From assembly GCF_009914755.1 (NCBI RefSeq), contig NC_060928.1: a DNA stretch of 64,000 bases. One strand, written 5' to 3'. This stretch comes from the human T2T-CHM13v2.0 reference genome, Homo sapiens. Shown here in pieces: positions 1 through 15,064 of this stretch. The position numbers were made by a program, and so were the translations under genes. The notes under the pieces are model-generated. The model was not told the DNA's origin and made no database searches. It saw nothing but the letters and a program-made list of their open reading frames with translations. How positions within the stretch are numbered: position 1 is the stretch's first letter; each line of letters opens with the position of its first letter.

Positions 1-3000
1 TTTCATAATTTAGCCTTTATTCTCCATATTTAATTACTTTTCTCTTTCTGCCTCTTATTGGAAATACTGAAACGTTTTGAGTAGAGAGAGTAAATAAAAA
101 TAACTTCTTTGGGACTCAATTTTCATCGATATTTGTAATGAATGCTATCTCAGATACCTTTCGGACCTAAAAATCCATGGTTTAGTTTAAAACATGATAA
201 CTTATTGTGAGTGTGATTATAATATTATTGCAAGCACTATACTCTCCGATGATGGTTGAAAAATCAAGTTGAGTGAATGATTCCCTAGGATTCCAAAATC
301 ATTTAATGCTTTGTCACTGCAAGGAGTTTGCCATATGGCTATGAGAGAAGCCATGTACTAATAAGCAGCTATGGGCAATGCATGCATTAGACAGTAATAC
401 AATGAATGCACATCATTATGTATTCAATGAGTGCCACAGGCAGACATTGCAAGGTGTTTCGAGTGAGAACATGTCATCTGATAAAGTATCATGATAAGGT
501 AAGCTTCCAGTTAATTCATGAAGGATATATTGTATTTGAATTAAGAAGAGAAAAAGTAAGGACATTTTCGGTATGGAAACAATAGGGACAAAGATATAGA
601 AATGATTATACCTCGACAATACTGAGGGAAGAATAAATTCATCAGTCTGGAGCACAGTATTTTTGCAGAATATGATTTCCCAGACTGTGTTACATAAAGA
701 ACTATATTCACATAAGGTGCTCTGTGAACAAACAAGGAAACATTTCTGTGACTGCATAAGGAATGTTTAGTAAAAGTAAACACATTTCTTTACTGCAGGA
801 CTTTTCAGAGCATTTAACCTACAAGGAATTTTTTTTCATGCTTATGTAATCCTGAAGACTTTCTTTGAGGAGCACTTACTAACATCTCTTGAGACTACCA
901 TGTGAATTGCTGATAAAAAGAATAATGGAAGATGAGATTAGAGAGGTAATTTAGAGATGGCCAGTGGAGGGCCTTGCACCCTAGATCAAGGAGACTGAGC
1001 ATAAACCTGGGAGGGGTGAACTGCATAGGACTCGAAAATATGGGCTCTGAAGTCAGCCAGTTGGACTCCACCAAGCTGCACCACCTCCTGGCTGGCTGAT
1101 ATCAAGAGAGCTCCTTTGCCAGTTCCTGTTGTAGAATCCAATTGGATATTTGTTTACTAGCAGTTCCATTGCAAAACCATGGCGAATAAGAAGAGTTAGC
1201 AGGTGAAAATTGCTGACGTCAGAGCCTAGCACAGAGCAAGCAACCTAAAAGCATTAGATAACATTATTAATGGAATGTGGTTAAACTATTTCAAGCAAAG
1301 AAATGGCATTATAAAAAGAGTGTTTAAAAAAGGGGAGGGTGTTTTAGCAAAGTGAACCTCTTACCAAAGAAGAAATCTTCAGTTAGAACTTTGGATACAG
1401 TTGTAGGAAGCAGTAAAAGAATGGAAATTCATCTTGTGCCTCATTATAACTGGAACAGTTCCTTATATGCCTAGAAGTCAGATCTCTATTGAAAATGTTG
1501 GTGTGTAATTGTTTTAAAATGAGGAAATTTTCTTTGATTAAAAGGTACTTTGTAAATTTCTCCCCAAAATATTTTGTGTGTATTATGTGAAAGTGCAATA
1601 TGTGTGTTTACGGGTGGATGTGTGTATTCCGTATAATTTTTAAGGGCACAGGATTTTTCACAGCTATTTATTAACTCTGCTGCTTCACTTTGAGGCATTT
1701 ATTTTGGTTCTTCACCCTGTCATTTTTATGGCATTTGTAATACCTTTAGATTTAACTGGATATTAGAACTGACTTTTTAATGAAAAAAGTTTTCCAATAA
1801 GAGGATATTTTGAAGAAGTTAATTTTTCTAATCCTTGGCATGTGACTGCTATTTTTTCCTCCAGTGTGTGGCATTCCTTGGAATATATTAAAACAGACTG
1901 AAGCTTATCAAATATAATAAGATTTTAGTTTAAGAGAATATAACCATTAACAACAGTTTCAAAAATTAATCATTTTTATTCTATTAGAGGAAAAATTTGT
2001 AGTGTTCAACACATTTATTTTCAGGCATATTTTAAAAGACAAATGTGAACCAAAGCTGTATTTCTAGAACATAGACTCAAAGATGTTAAAATAGGAAGTA
2101 ATATCTAAACAGTATTATCAGGTCATAGAAAGTAAGTTATAAACTATACAGTTAAAGTTAGCTTGTATCAAAGATGTTTTACTCCATTTAAAGATCTACA
2201 TCTTTTGATAAGGTTGAAATATATCTTAGTTGAATCAGAACTTTAAGTCTTCTGGACTAAATGCTTATAAATTTCTATTTCAGAAAAACAATTATATGAA
2301 ATTGATATTAGAATAGTAAATAGTAATGCTTAGATTCATGTCATTATGTATATTAATAGTGTTATTTAAAATAGAGACGTATGAATATTATTGGAATTTT
2401 TCAAATTACAGAACACCAAAACAAGTGTTGCTGTTGTAAGTGCATTATAAATGTGCTTTTAATTGTTTATTTCAAGCACATATTTTAATGTTAATATTTT
2501 AGGTGATATTTAAAGGTCATTTTCCCATAATATGCTGTTTCTGGAGTTAACCAGTATGAATCAGTTCTTAAATATACTCAAGTTTTAGCTACAATAGAAC
2601 TAATTCACTGCATTTAAAACTCCCAAGATGAAGTGCCCTCTTTGATCAAATGATTAGCATCACTTTAGTTGGTGTGAAATAGAATAAAGTGAAACAAACT
2701 CTATTCATTCTTATTCAACAACAGATACTTTCATTAAACCATAGTACTTTAAGTATAGGGAGGCAGAAGAAAAAGAAAAGAAAATGACTTTAGTGAACAT
2801 ATACTATTATAGCCTAAGAGGTAGTTAGTCATCTGCATTTAGCAGTTACTTACAGCAAAAAAGTGTAAATTATCAGTTTTTATAAGTAATTCTATCAAAA
2901 GGAATGAGAAAAGTCACTTTTAATTTCTTCTATTTGACCTTTGTAAAATACAAATGGCTTTATATCTATATCTTCATAATACATCTCTATGACAGAAATT

Positions 3001-4111
3001 TATCTTTATGAATTATTTCTTGGTGGATCTCAGATGACACCATTATTTGATATATTTTGTTCTTTGTGACCTGTAACACCAGTAACCTGGAATGATACTT
3101 CTGCTTTTTAATCACAAAACATACAAATTGACCAAGCAAATCTAGATTCAGCAAATTACTTGTTTGACACCAAATGTTCCTTTGTGCGTGGCCTATTTGG
3201 ATACCCTTCACCTGATATCCACAATTTCAGCACTTGGGGGAATGATTAAGTAGTTAATTGCAAGGGAACTATTTTCCCATTCTGATTTCAGCTGGAAAAG
3301 ATGGGGGAGGAGAGAAGAAAATGTTAGCATACAGTCCAGAAGTTTGGGATATTTTTGCTTCCCCCAAAGATACTCTGTAGACAAAGCCTCTTAATGTTAA
3401 GCCACTTTAACTATTCTCCTTTGGAGATACGTTTGAGGGCAATTGACCTAACTCTCTAATGTTCTCTAACGTGTCTACAATCAGAAACATGTCTTAGATA
3501 TGATCCTGCCTGTGGCTCTTTTGTTTTCTCTAAACATCAGGTTGCGTCACTTAGTATCTCCCTATGTTACTAAAGAAGAGTGTTCTGGACAAGCACCTTA
3601 GCATATTTGAATTGATAAATTTTCTGCTAGGATAGTGACCTCAAGATTAGCATTCATGCAGACAAAGCATATTTGTTTTACGTGAATTCTTCTGCCTTTG
3701 TGCTTATAAAAATTACCTCATTAACACTTCATAGGAGCACTAAAACAGGTATAAACTAGGAAACAAATGCAAAATCTTTCAAATATTTGGAATATATTTA
3801 TAACGTTTTCATTCCCTAGTATACTTTTCACCTCAAATAATTGCCCAACACAATGCACATGTATTTTTTTTTCAAGCAACAATATAAAACAAAACATCAT
3901 ATTGCATTTTTTGTGCGGACTGCTTTGAGAATCAGGCTCTCTTTGGTGAGTTTTAGCCCAACTGATTACTAATTTTCATCCTATGGGTCCATTACAGTTG
4001 AACTTTTTAAAATGAAATCATACCTTTCATCGAACATTTTAATATATTAAATGCCATATGCTAATAATAAATACCTAACAGGGGACTCTGCCTTTTAAGA
4101 CACTAGGCCCA

Positions 4112-4447
4112 TGTCTTAACCTGTTCCTGCTGCTATAACAGAATGCCTTAGGCTGGATAATTTACAAATAACAGATTTTTTTTTCTCACAATTATATTAA
4201 TAGAAGCTGTAAGGTCCAAGATCGATGCATTGGCATTGGTGAGGGCCTCCATGCAGCTGCCTCACACAGCAGAGGTGAAAGGGCAAAAGGAGCAAATTCC
4301 GTCCATCAAACCCTCTCAAAAAGGCACTAATCCTACAGGGAGGAGCCCCATGACCTAATCACCTCTTAAAAGCACCCCATTCCACCCTCATTAATACTAG
4401 CACGTCCTCAACACCTGAATTTTAGTGAGGCCACATTCAAACCATGG
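4112..4447 (-). mobile_element. MaLR solo LTR (MST-like)
   Basis: Starts tgtcttaacctgttcctgctgctataacagaatgccttaggctggataattt; contains catgacctaatcacctcttaaa; ends cacattcaaaccat. This matches a reverse-oriented MST/MLT1A LTR. Confidence 0.75.
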
Positions 4448-4624
4448 AAGGCCTGGTCTCTCTTCCAGAACTCAGAGAAAATTTCTCCAATTTCATTCAG
4501 CTGAATGGTCCAGAGAGCTCTTTCCAGCTGTCAGCCTGACCGGCTCTCTTTATGAGGAAATCAGTTATCTTTGGCATCCCCAGGCTAGCCCTGTGTGCTT
4601 TATAAACATGTGAAGCATGCGTGA

Positions 4625-5074
<450 letters not shown>

Positions 5075-5244
5075 TTAGGGAGGCCTCGGATACTCCATCA
5101 AAGAAGGGCAACCTTGCAGAGCTGCCCCTGGGGCGGGACCAGGTGCCGCCCTTACTCCCTGTGCTCAGGCCTTCAGGCCATGGTGTGGCATTTCTGTTCT
5201 TGTCAGTTGTTGTATAGCAAGGCGTTCGAGGGTGCTGCTTTAGA

Positions 5245-5430
5245 GCAAGGCTTTCTGGATCCAAATGCTTTTACCCTCCTCTGATTGAACTTTGCAAGTC
5301 ACTCAGCTTCTCTGTGTTTCCGTTTTATCATCTATAAGATAGTTGTTGTGGGAACTTAAGTGGGTCACTACAAATACAGTATTTAAAACCATTCTTTTCA
5401 AACAGTAAGCCCGCAATTAATGTTAATTCA
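5245..5430 (+). mobile_element. MIR remnant
   Basis: Core-like segment gcaagtcactcagcttctctgtgtttccgttttatcatctataa. Confidence 0.6.
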
Positions 5431-6987
5431 TTGTTATTACTATGGTAATTCACCGGGTCATGTCTTGACACGTAGCATTAGGACAGTGCCTCTTCTGTCC
5501 CTGGAAATACCTTCCGCTATACAGATGTTCTCTTTAGGTAAATTACGATGGCCAGATAGCCACAGACACAGGGCCAGGATCGTTGAGGCCTCTGAAAAGA
5601 CCCCGTAAGTTGCAACTATCTTCCCCATACAAGCTTCCCAACAATTGAGAAATAAAACCAAATATGGCACATTGTGGCCAAAACGTATTTTTTTATTAAT
5701 TAGTCAAGAGGAACCTACACCAGTGGAATACTAAATTCTTTCTCCCCGTAGAGGATGGCTCATGAGAAGGATAAATACGGCGCTCAGTGCAGCACAGTTT
5801 ATTTTTCCCAAGTCCACTGGTCTAACCATTCAACTACCTCCTCTGTGGCGGGGGAACGGGGCAGGGCACAGTCGGGATTGTTCTGTTTATCCATATGCCT
5901 GCACCTGGAAGGAATTCCTTCAGGGGTAGGAAGACGTTCTCCACTTTGACCACGATGTGTACGATGTGAGACAGCTCCCTAATCTTCTGCCATAAAATAT
6001 TTAGCCCAGCTACAATATTCCTGGAGAGGAGATCTATCTTCATTTTAGTGGATACTGACAAAGGCATTATTCACCTTTTACCTATATTGAACATAAAGTA
6101 TTAAGTACAGCAAAGCGCTAGGTGCCACACAAATCTGCATAGAAATAGGTGCCTCTTTCGACTACTATTCAAGAGGAGTCATTTTAGGGCATTTTGCAAA
6201 TATGTGTGTGTCCTCTGTTCATTTGAAATGCTCTTTTTGGTTTGAATTCATGTTAATTCATGGTGAGAAAATAATTGACTGTATAATAAGTCTTATTATT
6301 CTGCTCTTCCTCTGTCTTCAGGATTTTCAAGTTCTGTCTCTTCACCTTGAGCGTTCTGCAGAATTCCTATGTCTTTTCTCTCTGTGAAGGCGAAATATTG
6401 TCTTACCTTCAATATGAAGAAAGTACATATTGGTAGTGAGCTGTAGTTTGAGGCGCTATGTTTCAAGTAAAGAAGAAATTATTTGACTTTCTTTCAGTAA
6501 TAATCAGTCCCTCCCAAGTCAATAGTAGATTAGTATCCTTGAAAGGTGGGATAGTATTTGTACTATAAATTTGAATACTTTGTTTTTCTTCAAAAATGGA
6601 GCAATGTCTGCAAAGACTGTGGATCTATATCTGACCACCAAGCTCCAATTGATAATGCGGATATTGATTTTGTGAGGCTTTCCTATTAGTCTAGAAATGA
6701 GGAATTGATGCCTCCAGTCATAGTATGATAAGAAAAACATAGACAACAAGAAATTTCTGTGAACAAAGGAGAAATTCTCTTGGCAACACTTCTGAGTTTT
6801 AGTATACTACACATAATCTATAGATGTACTACTACATGAAGGTCCGGTAAAGAAATGTGGGTGAATTTTGTCATCAGTTTCAAACTTCACTGCACCATAT
6901 AAGACAGTATTTAAAAATTGCAGTTGTTTCAAGCATGGTTAGAAGACTAACTGCAAATATTCATAGTATTATTTCAACCAATTTCTT

Positions 6988-7291
6988 TTTTTTCTTTCTT
7001 TTTTTTTTTCGAGACGGAATCTTGCTGTGTCGGCCAGGCGGGAGTGCGGTGGCGCAGTTTCCGCTAACCGCAACCTCCGCCCCCGAGTTCAAGCAATTCT
7101 CCTGCCTCGGCCTCCCTAGTAGCTGGGATTACAGGCCTACACTACCACGCCTGGCTAATTTTTGTATTTTTAGTAGAGTCGGGGTTTCACCATGTTGGCC
7201 AGGCTGATGTTGAAGTCCTGACCTCAGGGGATCCGCCTGCCTCAGCCTCCGAAAGTGCTGGGATTACAGGCGTGAGCCACTGCACCCAGCC
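6988..7291 (-). mobile_element. Alu (AluSx-like)
   Basis: T-rich tail followed by a full dimer ending tgcacccagcc; flanked by CCAATTTCTT on both sides. Confidence 0.95.
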
Positions 7292-7301
7292 CCAATTTCT
7301 T

Positions 7302-7602
7302 TCTTTCTTTCTTTCTTTTTTTTTTTTTTTTAAGACAGAGTCTTGCTCTGTCGCCCAGGCTGGTGTGCAGTGGCGTGATCTCGGCTCATTGCAAGCTCCG
7401 CCTCCCGGGTTCACGCGATTCTCCTGCCTCAGCCTGGGACTACAGGCGCCCGCCACCACGCCCAGCTAATTTTCTTGTATTTTTAGTAGAGACAGGGTTT
7501 CATCACGTTAGCCAGGATGGTCTCGATTTCCTGACCTCGTGATCTGCCTGCCTCGGCCTCCCAAACTGCTGGGATTACAGGTGTGAGCCACCGTACCAGG
7601 CC
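7302..7602 (-). mobile_element. Alu (AluY-like), about 10-bp internal deletion
   Basis: AluY-type positions gcaagctccgcc, ttcacg, gttagccaggatggtctcgat. The stretch cagcctgggac lacks the cccgagtagc segment. Confidence 0.93.
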
Positions 7603-8019
7603 CCCACTTTCTTAATATTCTAACTTTGCCTTTCTGTTATATGTGCATTGGTCATGCATGCATTTGTTGTCGTATTCATCGAGCAGAAATCCTAGAATTC
7701 AGGACACATTTGTCATGCTTTGGTTTCCCTAGCACATGTCTCAGTTGCTTGATAAGTGGCTGTGGACATTGATAATGTCTCTGGGGAAGATTGGAAGAAT
7801 AAGTAATTTTAACGTATCATCAGTTTATGACAATTTCTAAAATGTAATCAGTTACTTTCCAGGTTCTGGGCAAAGTTCTTTACAGGTATTCTTCCTTTAA
7901 CCACCACAATTACCTCATGCTATACTAGTCCTAAGAACTCTAATGTTCAGTGGATAAATAAGCTATATAGAAAGTAAGTGGGGTGCTATTGTTCGATCTC
8001 AAGAATTTCACCCAGTCTC

Positions 8020-8358
8020 TTCCCTCTTCCTGGAATATTCTTCCCCAGATATCCCTTTGGCTTATTTCTCAGTAAGATCTGTTCTCAAATTCCACCATCT
8101 CAGTGAGGCCTGCCCGTTGAAAACACTATTTCAACGCTATTTCACACTATTCAACACGATTTCTCCCACTCTACTTCTCTTTTAAGTTTTACTTATCACC
8201 AATTCTATAGGTTTTACTTATTTTATTTTACTACTTCTTTCTGCAAACTAGAATATAAGAGAGTTTTTATTTTTCTGCTCATGAAAACTCATGTTGTTTG
8301 AACTTGAGTTATCCAGAAAATAATAGGCACTTAACAAATAATAGTTACCTGAATGAAT
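8020..8358 (+). mobile_element. L2 3' end remnant
   Basis: ttcctggaatattcttccccagatatc ... ctcaaattccaccatctcagtgaggcct ... taggcacttaacaaata ... gaatgaat tail. Confidence 0.65.
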
Positions 8359-11300
8359 TAACCTGAGTGGGCTGAGTCACTTCAATGGTGGTGAGGCATT
8401 AGAAATGTTTACCACATTATCTGAGTAATGAGTTGAACAATGACATCTTTTATTAGGTTCTGTCCAATAAGATTTTGTGTTCCTTGTTTTATAATATTGA
8501 ATTGTTACATTTTTTTCTCACTATGAATGTGTCTATCAAATTGTTGAATTGTACAAATATCTGGAGAATGTATTCAGACATAGTAGTGTATTCTTCAGAG
8601 AATAAAGCAATCCTCCAAGGCATAGGAAGTTTGTGGATTTTGTACTGACTTCTCAGTAGTTCAAATGAATGGGAACAAGCTTGACTGCATCTAAGTTAAC
8701 ATATTTAAGCTGTTTTGTATTCTGACTTCCCATGTAGACTGGTAACAAGTTAATGATTTGTGTTTCAAACACTGTAGGAAGTTGGTTTCCTCAACATCTG
8801 CACAGAGTTATTGCCTTGGGGAAGACATAAACTGAAACCATGTTGGTAAATCTACACTGCGAATGATTTCTGAGGCTCCCCACCCCTTTTTGACAGCGTC
8901 TTTCTTGCAGAGGACGAGCTATATATATTATATAAACACACATACACATAGAAAGACAAAGAGTAGTTGATTGTGTCAGGGGAAAGCAAGCTTGCAGTTA
9001 GCCCCTGAGCATGCCTTTAAATAGCATTTTTCATGCTTTTCACCTAATGTGTGTTTGACAATACAGAGTCTGAAAGGGTTTTTTTTAACCAGTTAAAATA
9101 TATTTCCTATACAGTTGTCCATAGCTAGAATAAAAGCTGTATGCTATTAGGAAGTATTTTCAAACATTTATTATGCCAAAATAAAGCTTCCCTGAAGGCA
9201 AGAATGCAGAGGAAATGTATACACATTTACATCTGAATGAAACAATGGGATAGATATTGCTATCCTATATCGAGGATAATTCTCCAGTGGATTTTCAGCA
9301 CAAGAGTGTCTCATTCTGGTAGACATTCAGAAATTTGAAAGTGAGTCAGTACCATAGGGACTTAACAAGTGTTTTCAGAAAATAATGAAAATACTACATA
9401 TTTTCAATTCTATCGGCTATGACTTTCAAATTGAGAAGTCCATTTTCAGTTGCTTTTAATGATTTACCTTCTTGTAAAAAATAAGCACTTAAAGAAATAT
9501 TTTTTTTACTAAAGTAGTATTTAATTTGCCTTGCCTTGTGGTTTATAAGGCTACTGGTTAATTAAAAATTCTTTGGAAATAATTATTGGTTACTAACATC
9601 AAACATTTATTATAGTAATATATTACTTCTTATTTTAACAGCCCATAATCAGAAACTAATAGGATTAGTGAATAAACTTCACAAATGCAGAGATTTGGGC
9701 AATATAGATAATGCTTTCAGAGTATCTCTTAATGCTTGGTCAGTTTTTATACTTGGTTTTCTGTTATAATTTGATGAATTCACTTAGTAGTCTAGGATTA
9801 ATGATTTCTTTTAATTAGCAAGATAAAGTCTGTGAATTTATAATAGATTCATTAACTTGTGATTTACAATAAAGGGATTGAAGTGGGGTTTTTTTTCCCC
9901 TGGTTAGTTGCCTTTTGTTTTTGTGTTAAACTCTCATGATTAAACTCATGATATCCAAGCTAAATATTCAATTTTCAACTTCTTCTTTAACATATACATG
10001 CAGGAAGAGTGACAGCTAGCTACATATGGTATAATATTTCTACATAATTAAAAATATATTTATAGATTTTTTAAAAACCTGTGACAATAAACAATATTAT
10101 TAGAACAACCAAATGCTGGCAGAAAGCATTTACAATGCTGCATGGATTAACACTTTCAGAAACAACCTCTCTATGTGGTCTTTTGTGAAAATCATTTTCA
10201 AATTTGATCTGTATTGTGATCCACTAATTCTTGTAAAATCACATTTTAAAAAGTACTCAAATATTCCCTGGAATCCACATGTAGATTTAAGATATCCTTA
10301 GTTGGAAGGAGACTATAGCAATATGAAGGTTGTTGCTGAGTAACACTTGGAATTTATCCTATAAAATAAACAAATCCTGAACAATGCATTCAGTCTGAAG
10401 ATGAGACAACAATATCCTAATCACAGGAGTGTGTGTAAGGAGAGGAGTCCCTATGGGGAGTTGGATGGTCTTGAGTAAGAAAGCGGCCTTTCAAAGCAAA
10501 ATACAAATTTCTATAAGAGAAAGAAGAGAACAAACAATTGAGTCAGAATGGCCTCATTGAGATTGGAGGGGCTGCTGAACTAAGCAATGTGCTAGAAAAT
10601 TATTAAAAACAGGAGCAGATGGGCTAGTTGGATTCCAGACACAAATGGCTGAATATGGTTGATGTACAAAAAAGACAGATGAAAGGCTAGTTAGGGAATT
10701 TCTCTGGGAACAATTTCAGGAAGGCTTTTGCACTGAGGTTCACTTAACTTCAGGAATGGCAGTTTTGATTTACAATCTAACCACAGACCAAAGATTATTT
10801 TTTTTAATTGTTGTTGTTGTTTGGTCTTAGACCGAAAAAAAAAAAAAAAAAGCAGTTCACATGAAAGAATTGTGGTTGTTGGTAGAGGATAGGGTAAGAG
10901 CGTGGTTGCATGGCACGGGTTCATGCCAAACAAGGGGTAGAGAAGTCATCCTCTTAGAAACAGAGAAACACAGGCAGTGGCTACAAAATAAACTGTGCAT
11001 TCTTCATATGCAGATAAATAAATTTGGAAATCTTAGATTATATGAGCCAAGAGTCCTATTTGTCATTACATCCATGCCATAGGTAAGTTGAGATAAACAC
11101 TGCGGAAGCGTCTCAGGCTTGGGATGCATTTTCTCAGGAAATATTTTTGCCTGCAGTGGATCCTGGGGCGGGTGGAAGGGTGAGTGAGCCACGTAAGGTG
11201 TGAGTGAAGAAAATCTCAGCTTCCCTTTCCCTTTTCCCGTGTCACTACCCTGCCCTAGTAACCGCAGTCATTCCACAATATTCAGTGGTTTCTAAGTTTT

Positions 11301-11459
11301 TCTGAAAGTCTGTCAATGTACCCTGTTATCATTTCACTTATTCCCAAATGCCGTCATCCCCAACTTCAATACGCACATTTCCACATCTGTTTTATGTACT
11401 ATGATGTGCACTTTTAAGCTATTTTACTCTCCAAGCTCCTCTCCTCCTGCCAGTTCACA

Positions 11460-11725
11460 TTTTTTTAGGCCTTGCTCAAACTCCACCTCTTCTTGAAGCT
11501 TTATCATCTCTAAAGAGCACTCGTCTTCTGTCGGCACTAGCGGATGCATAACAAGCACCGCACTACTTTCAATTTATGCTGACTGGTATCGCTGCGTGGG
11601 ATTTATGTGTGAATTTCATCTCCCTAACTGGAAGGTACGATTTTGATGGAAGGGACTGTGCTTTACAAATCTCTTACGCTCTCCACTGTGCCTGGTGCAT
11701 CATAGGCATGAAATCTGTGTTGAGC
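11460..11725 (+). mobile_element. L2 remnant
   Basis: ctcaaactccacctcttcttgaagct ... agggactgtg ... ctgtgcctggtgcatcataggc. Confidence 0.5.
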
Positions 11726-12059
11726 ACACACATTTGAATTCTTATATTTCCCACATCTCAGTTTGAAACAACGGATAAAACACTAAGATAAATGGTTTAT
11801 TGTCTGAAGTTCCCGTAGTTTCCCTAGACAGCTTAATAAGCTGTATTCTTTTAAAGAAGGAAAATACTAACAGGCAGCTGTTGTGGTCTTGGCTTCCTGA
11901 TCCTCAGGCAGTTCACTTGTGGTCTCTGGAACTCAGTTCGTCATCTGTAAAATGAGGAAGTTCACCTCACCTTCTGGAATTCTATCACAGCAATTTATGT
12001 TCAACTGGATTCAAAGAGGAGCTGAGCCATTCCAAGTATCTTGTAAAGACTTTCTTTAA

Positions 12060-12362
12060 GGCCGGGCACAGTGGATCATGCCTGTAATCCCAGCACTTTG
12101 GGAGGCCGAGGCAGGTGGATCACTTGAGGTCAGGAATTTGAGATCAGCCTGGCCAACATGGCAAAACCCCGTCTCTACTAAAAATACAAAAATTAGCCGC
12201 AGGGGGTGGTGCATGCCTGTAATCCCAGCTACTCGGGAGGCTGAGGCAGAGGAATCACTTGAGCCTGGGAGGTGGAGGCTACAGTGAGCTGTGTCATACC
12301 ACTGTACTCCAGCCTGTATGACAGAGCGACTCTGTCTCAAAAAAAAAAGAAAAAAAAAAAAG
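12060..12362 (+). mobile_element. Alu (AluS/J-like)
   Basis: ggccgggcacagtgg start, poly-A tail, TSD AAGACTTTCTT on both sides. Confidence 0.95.
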
Positions 12363-12537
12363 AAGACTTTCTTCAATCATCTACTTATTCCTATGTATTT
12401 ATTGGATGCCTCCTATATCCCAAACACTCTGTTAGGCTCTGGGAATAGAGTGATACCTAATAAAGGGACCAGGCTCTAAACCTCAAGGTGGGCACAGTCA
12501 AGTAAGGGAGAGAAACCACAGACAGCCTGGGGTAGCA

Positions 12538-12728
12538 CAGGGGTCCTAAAGTGTCTCCACCAGCCCCAGCAGTGTCACCTGGGAACTTGTTCGAAATGCA
12601 TGTTCCTGGGCCCCAATCCACACCCACTGAACCAGAAGACCCGAGAGTGGATTGCCGCAGTCTGTGTTGAACGAGCCCTCTGCTGCACAGTGGTCTCATT
12701 CTGTTACACCAGATGTTGAGAACGGCTG
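12538..12728 (+). mobile_element. MER5A hAT-Charlie DNA transposon
   Basis: cacctgggaacttgttcgaaatgca ... cctgggcccca; ends ttgagaacggctg. Confidence 0.75.
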
Positions 12729-12919
12729 GTGTCATGAATGAAAATCCAAGATTAATGTTAGAGCTCTTATTCTTACTGGTAATTTGATCCCAGAGAAGAT
12801 ACTTCAAACTTCTGAGTCTCATTTCCTCCTTTTTGTCAAATAGGAATATTTTAAAAGTTCTTTATTTTTTCTGAAAGTAGAATTGGATATTTGCAAAGCA
12901 TGTGACACGTACCTGACTA

Positions 12920-13346
<427 letters not shown>

Positions 13347-13466
13347 TCATTTTTTTATTTCAAACAAAATTGAAATCTATCGTTATGAGAACAGTACTTC
13401 ATTTCAGCAGTGAACCTGGTTTATGATTACAGATTTCTTCCAAGATAAAATTGGTGTATTTCCTCA

Positions 13467-13468
<2 letters not shown>

Positions 13469-13509
<41 letters not shown>
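13469..13509. repeat. (ATT)n microsatellite
   Basis: About 13 perfect ATT units abutting an Alu poly-T tail. Confidence 0.95.
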
Positions 13510-13514
13510 TATTC

Positions 13515-13816
13515 TTTTTTTTTTTTTTTTTTTTGTGAGATGGCGTCTCACTCTATCACCCGGGCTGGAGTCCAGTGGCACAATCTTGGCTCACTGCAAG
13601 CTCTGCCTCCCGGGTTCACGCCATTCTCCTGCCTCAGCCTCCTGAGTAGCTGAGACTACAGGCACCCGCTACCACCCCCGGCTAATTTTTTGTATTTTTA
13701 GTAGAGACAGTGTTTTGCCGTGTTAGCCAGGATGGTCTCGATTTCCTGACCTCGTGATCTGCCCACTTCGGCCTCCCAAATGCTGGGATTACAGGCGTGA
13801 GCCACCGTGCCCGGCC
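13515..13816 (-). mobile_element. AluY
   Basis: gcaagctc, ttcacgccattctcc, gttagccaggatggtctcgat; ends cccggcc. Confidence 0.95.
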
Positions 13817-13949
13817 TTATTATTTCTAAATGAATTAATCTAGTCATTGTAAACAGGTTGACATTACTCATTTCACACAATTTACACAATGTAAATACCA
13901 CTATAGACCATATAAATATCTTCCCTCTCTGATTGCCTCAAATCATTTT

Positions 13950-14285
13950 AAATCAACTTTTATTAAAGTACAACTTGCTCACAAATAATGGGTGTTTAAT
14001 TCAAAGAGTTTTCACAGACTAAACCTACTCATATAATCTGCAACTCAATCCAAACTAGAGAAAGTCCCTGTCGTCCACTATTCCTCCCTCTCTCCTTACT
14101 CCCTCGTGAGTGTAACCACCATCCTCAATTCTAACACCATAGATGAGTTTCCTCAGTTTTGAACTGATATAAATTGAATCATACAATTAGTACTTTTTTG
14201 AGTCTTGCTTCTGTTCACTCAGTATTGTTTGTGAGATCCCTGTGTGTTTTGTGCCCGTAGTTAATTGATTGTTCTTGCTCTGTAT
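13950..14285 (-). mobile_element. Old L1 (L1ME/L1MD-like) 3' fragment
   Basis: caacttttattaaagtac ... ttctaacaccatagatgagttt ... gttttgaact ... aattgaatcataca ... ttcactcagtattgtttgtgagat. Confidence 0.6.
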
Positions 14286-14311
14286 CTCAAATCATTTTTA
14301 ATGACCAGTAA

Positions 14312-15064
<753 letters not shown>

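Noticed and set aside
416-783. 113-aa and 80-aa minus-strand ORFs
   Set aside because: No recognisable homology; hydrophobic low-information composition typical of AT-rich chance ORFs.
1211-1224. TGCTGACGTCAG CRE/MARE-like site
   Set aside because: A single short motif in a probable MIR remnant; it cannot be distinguished from chance without chromatin data.
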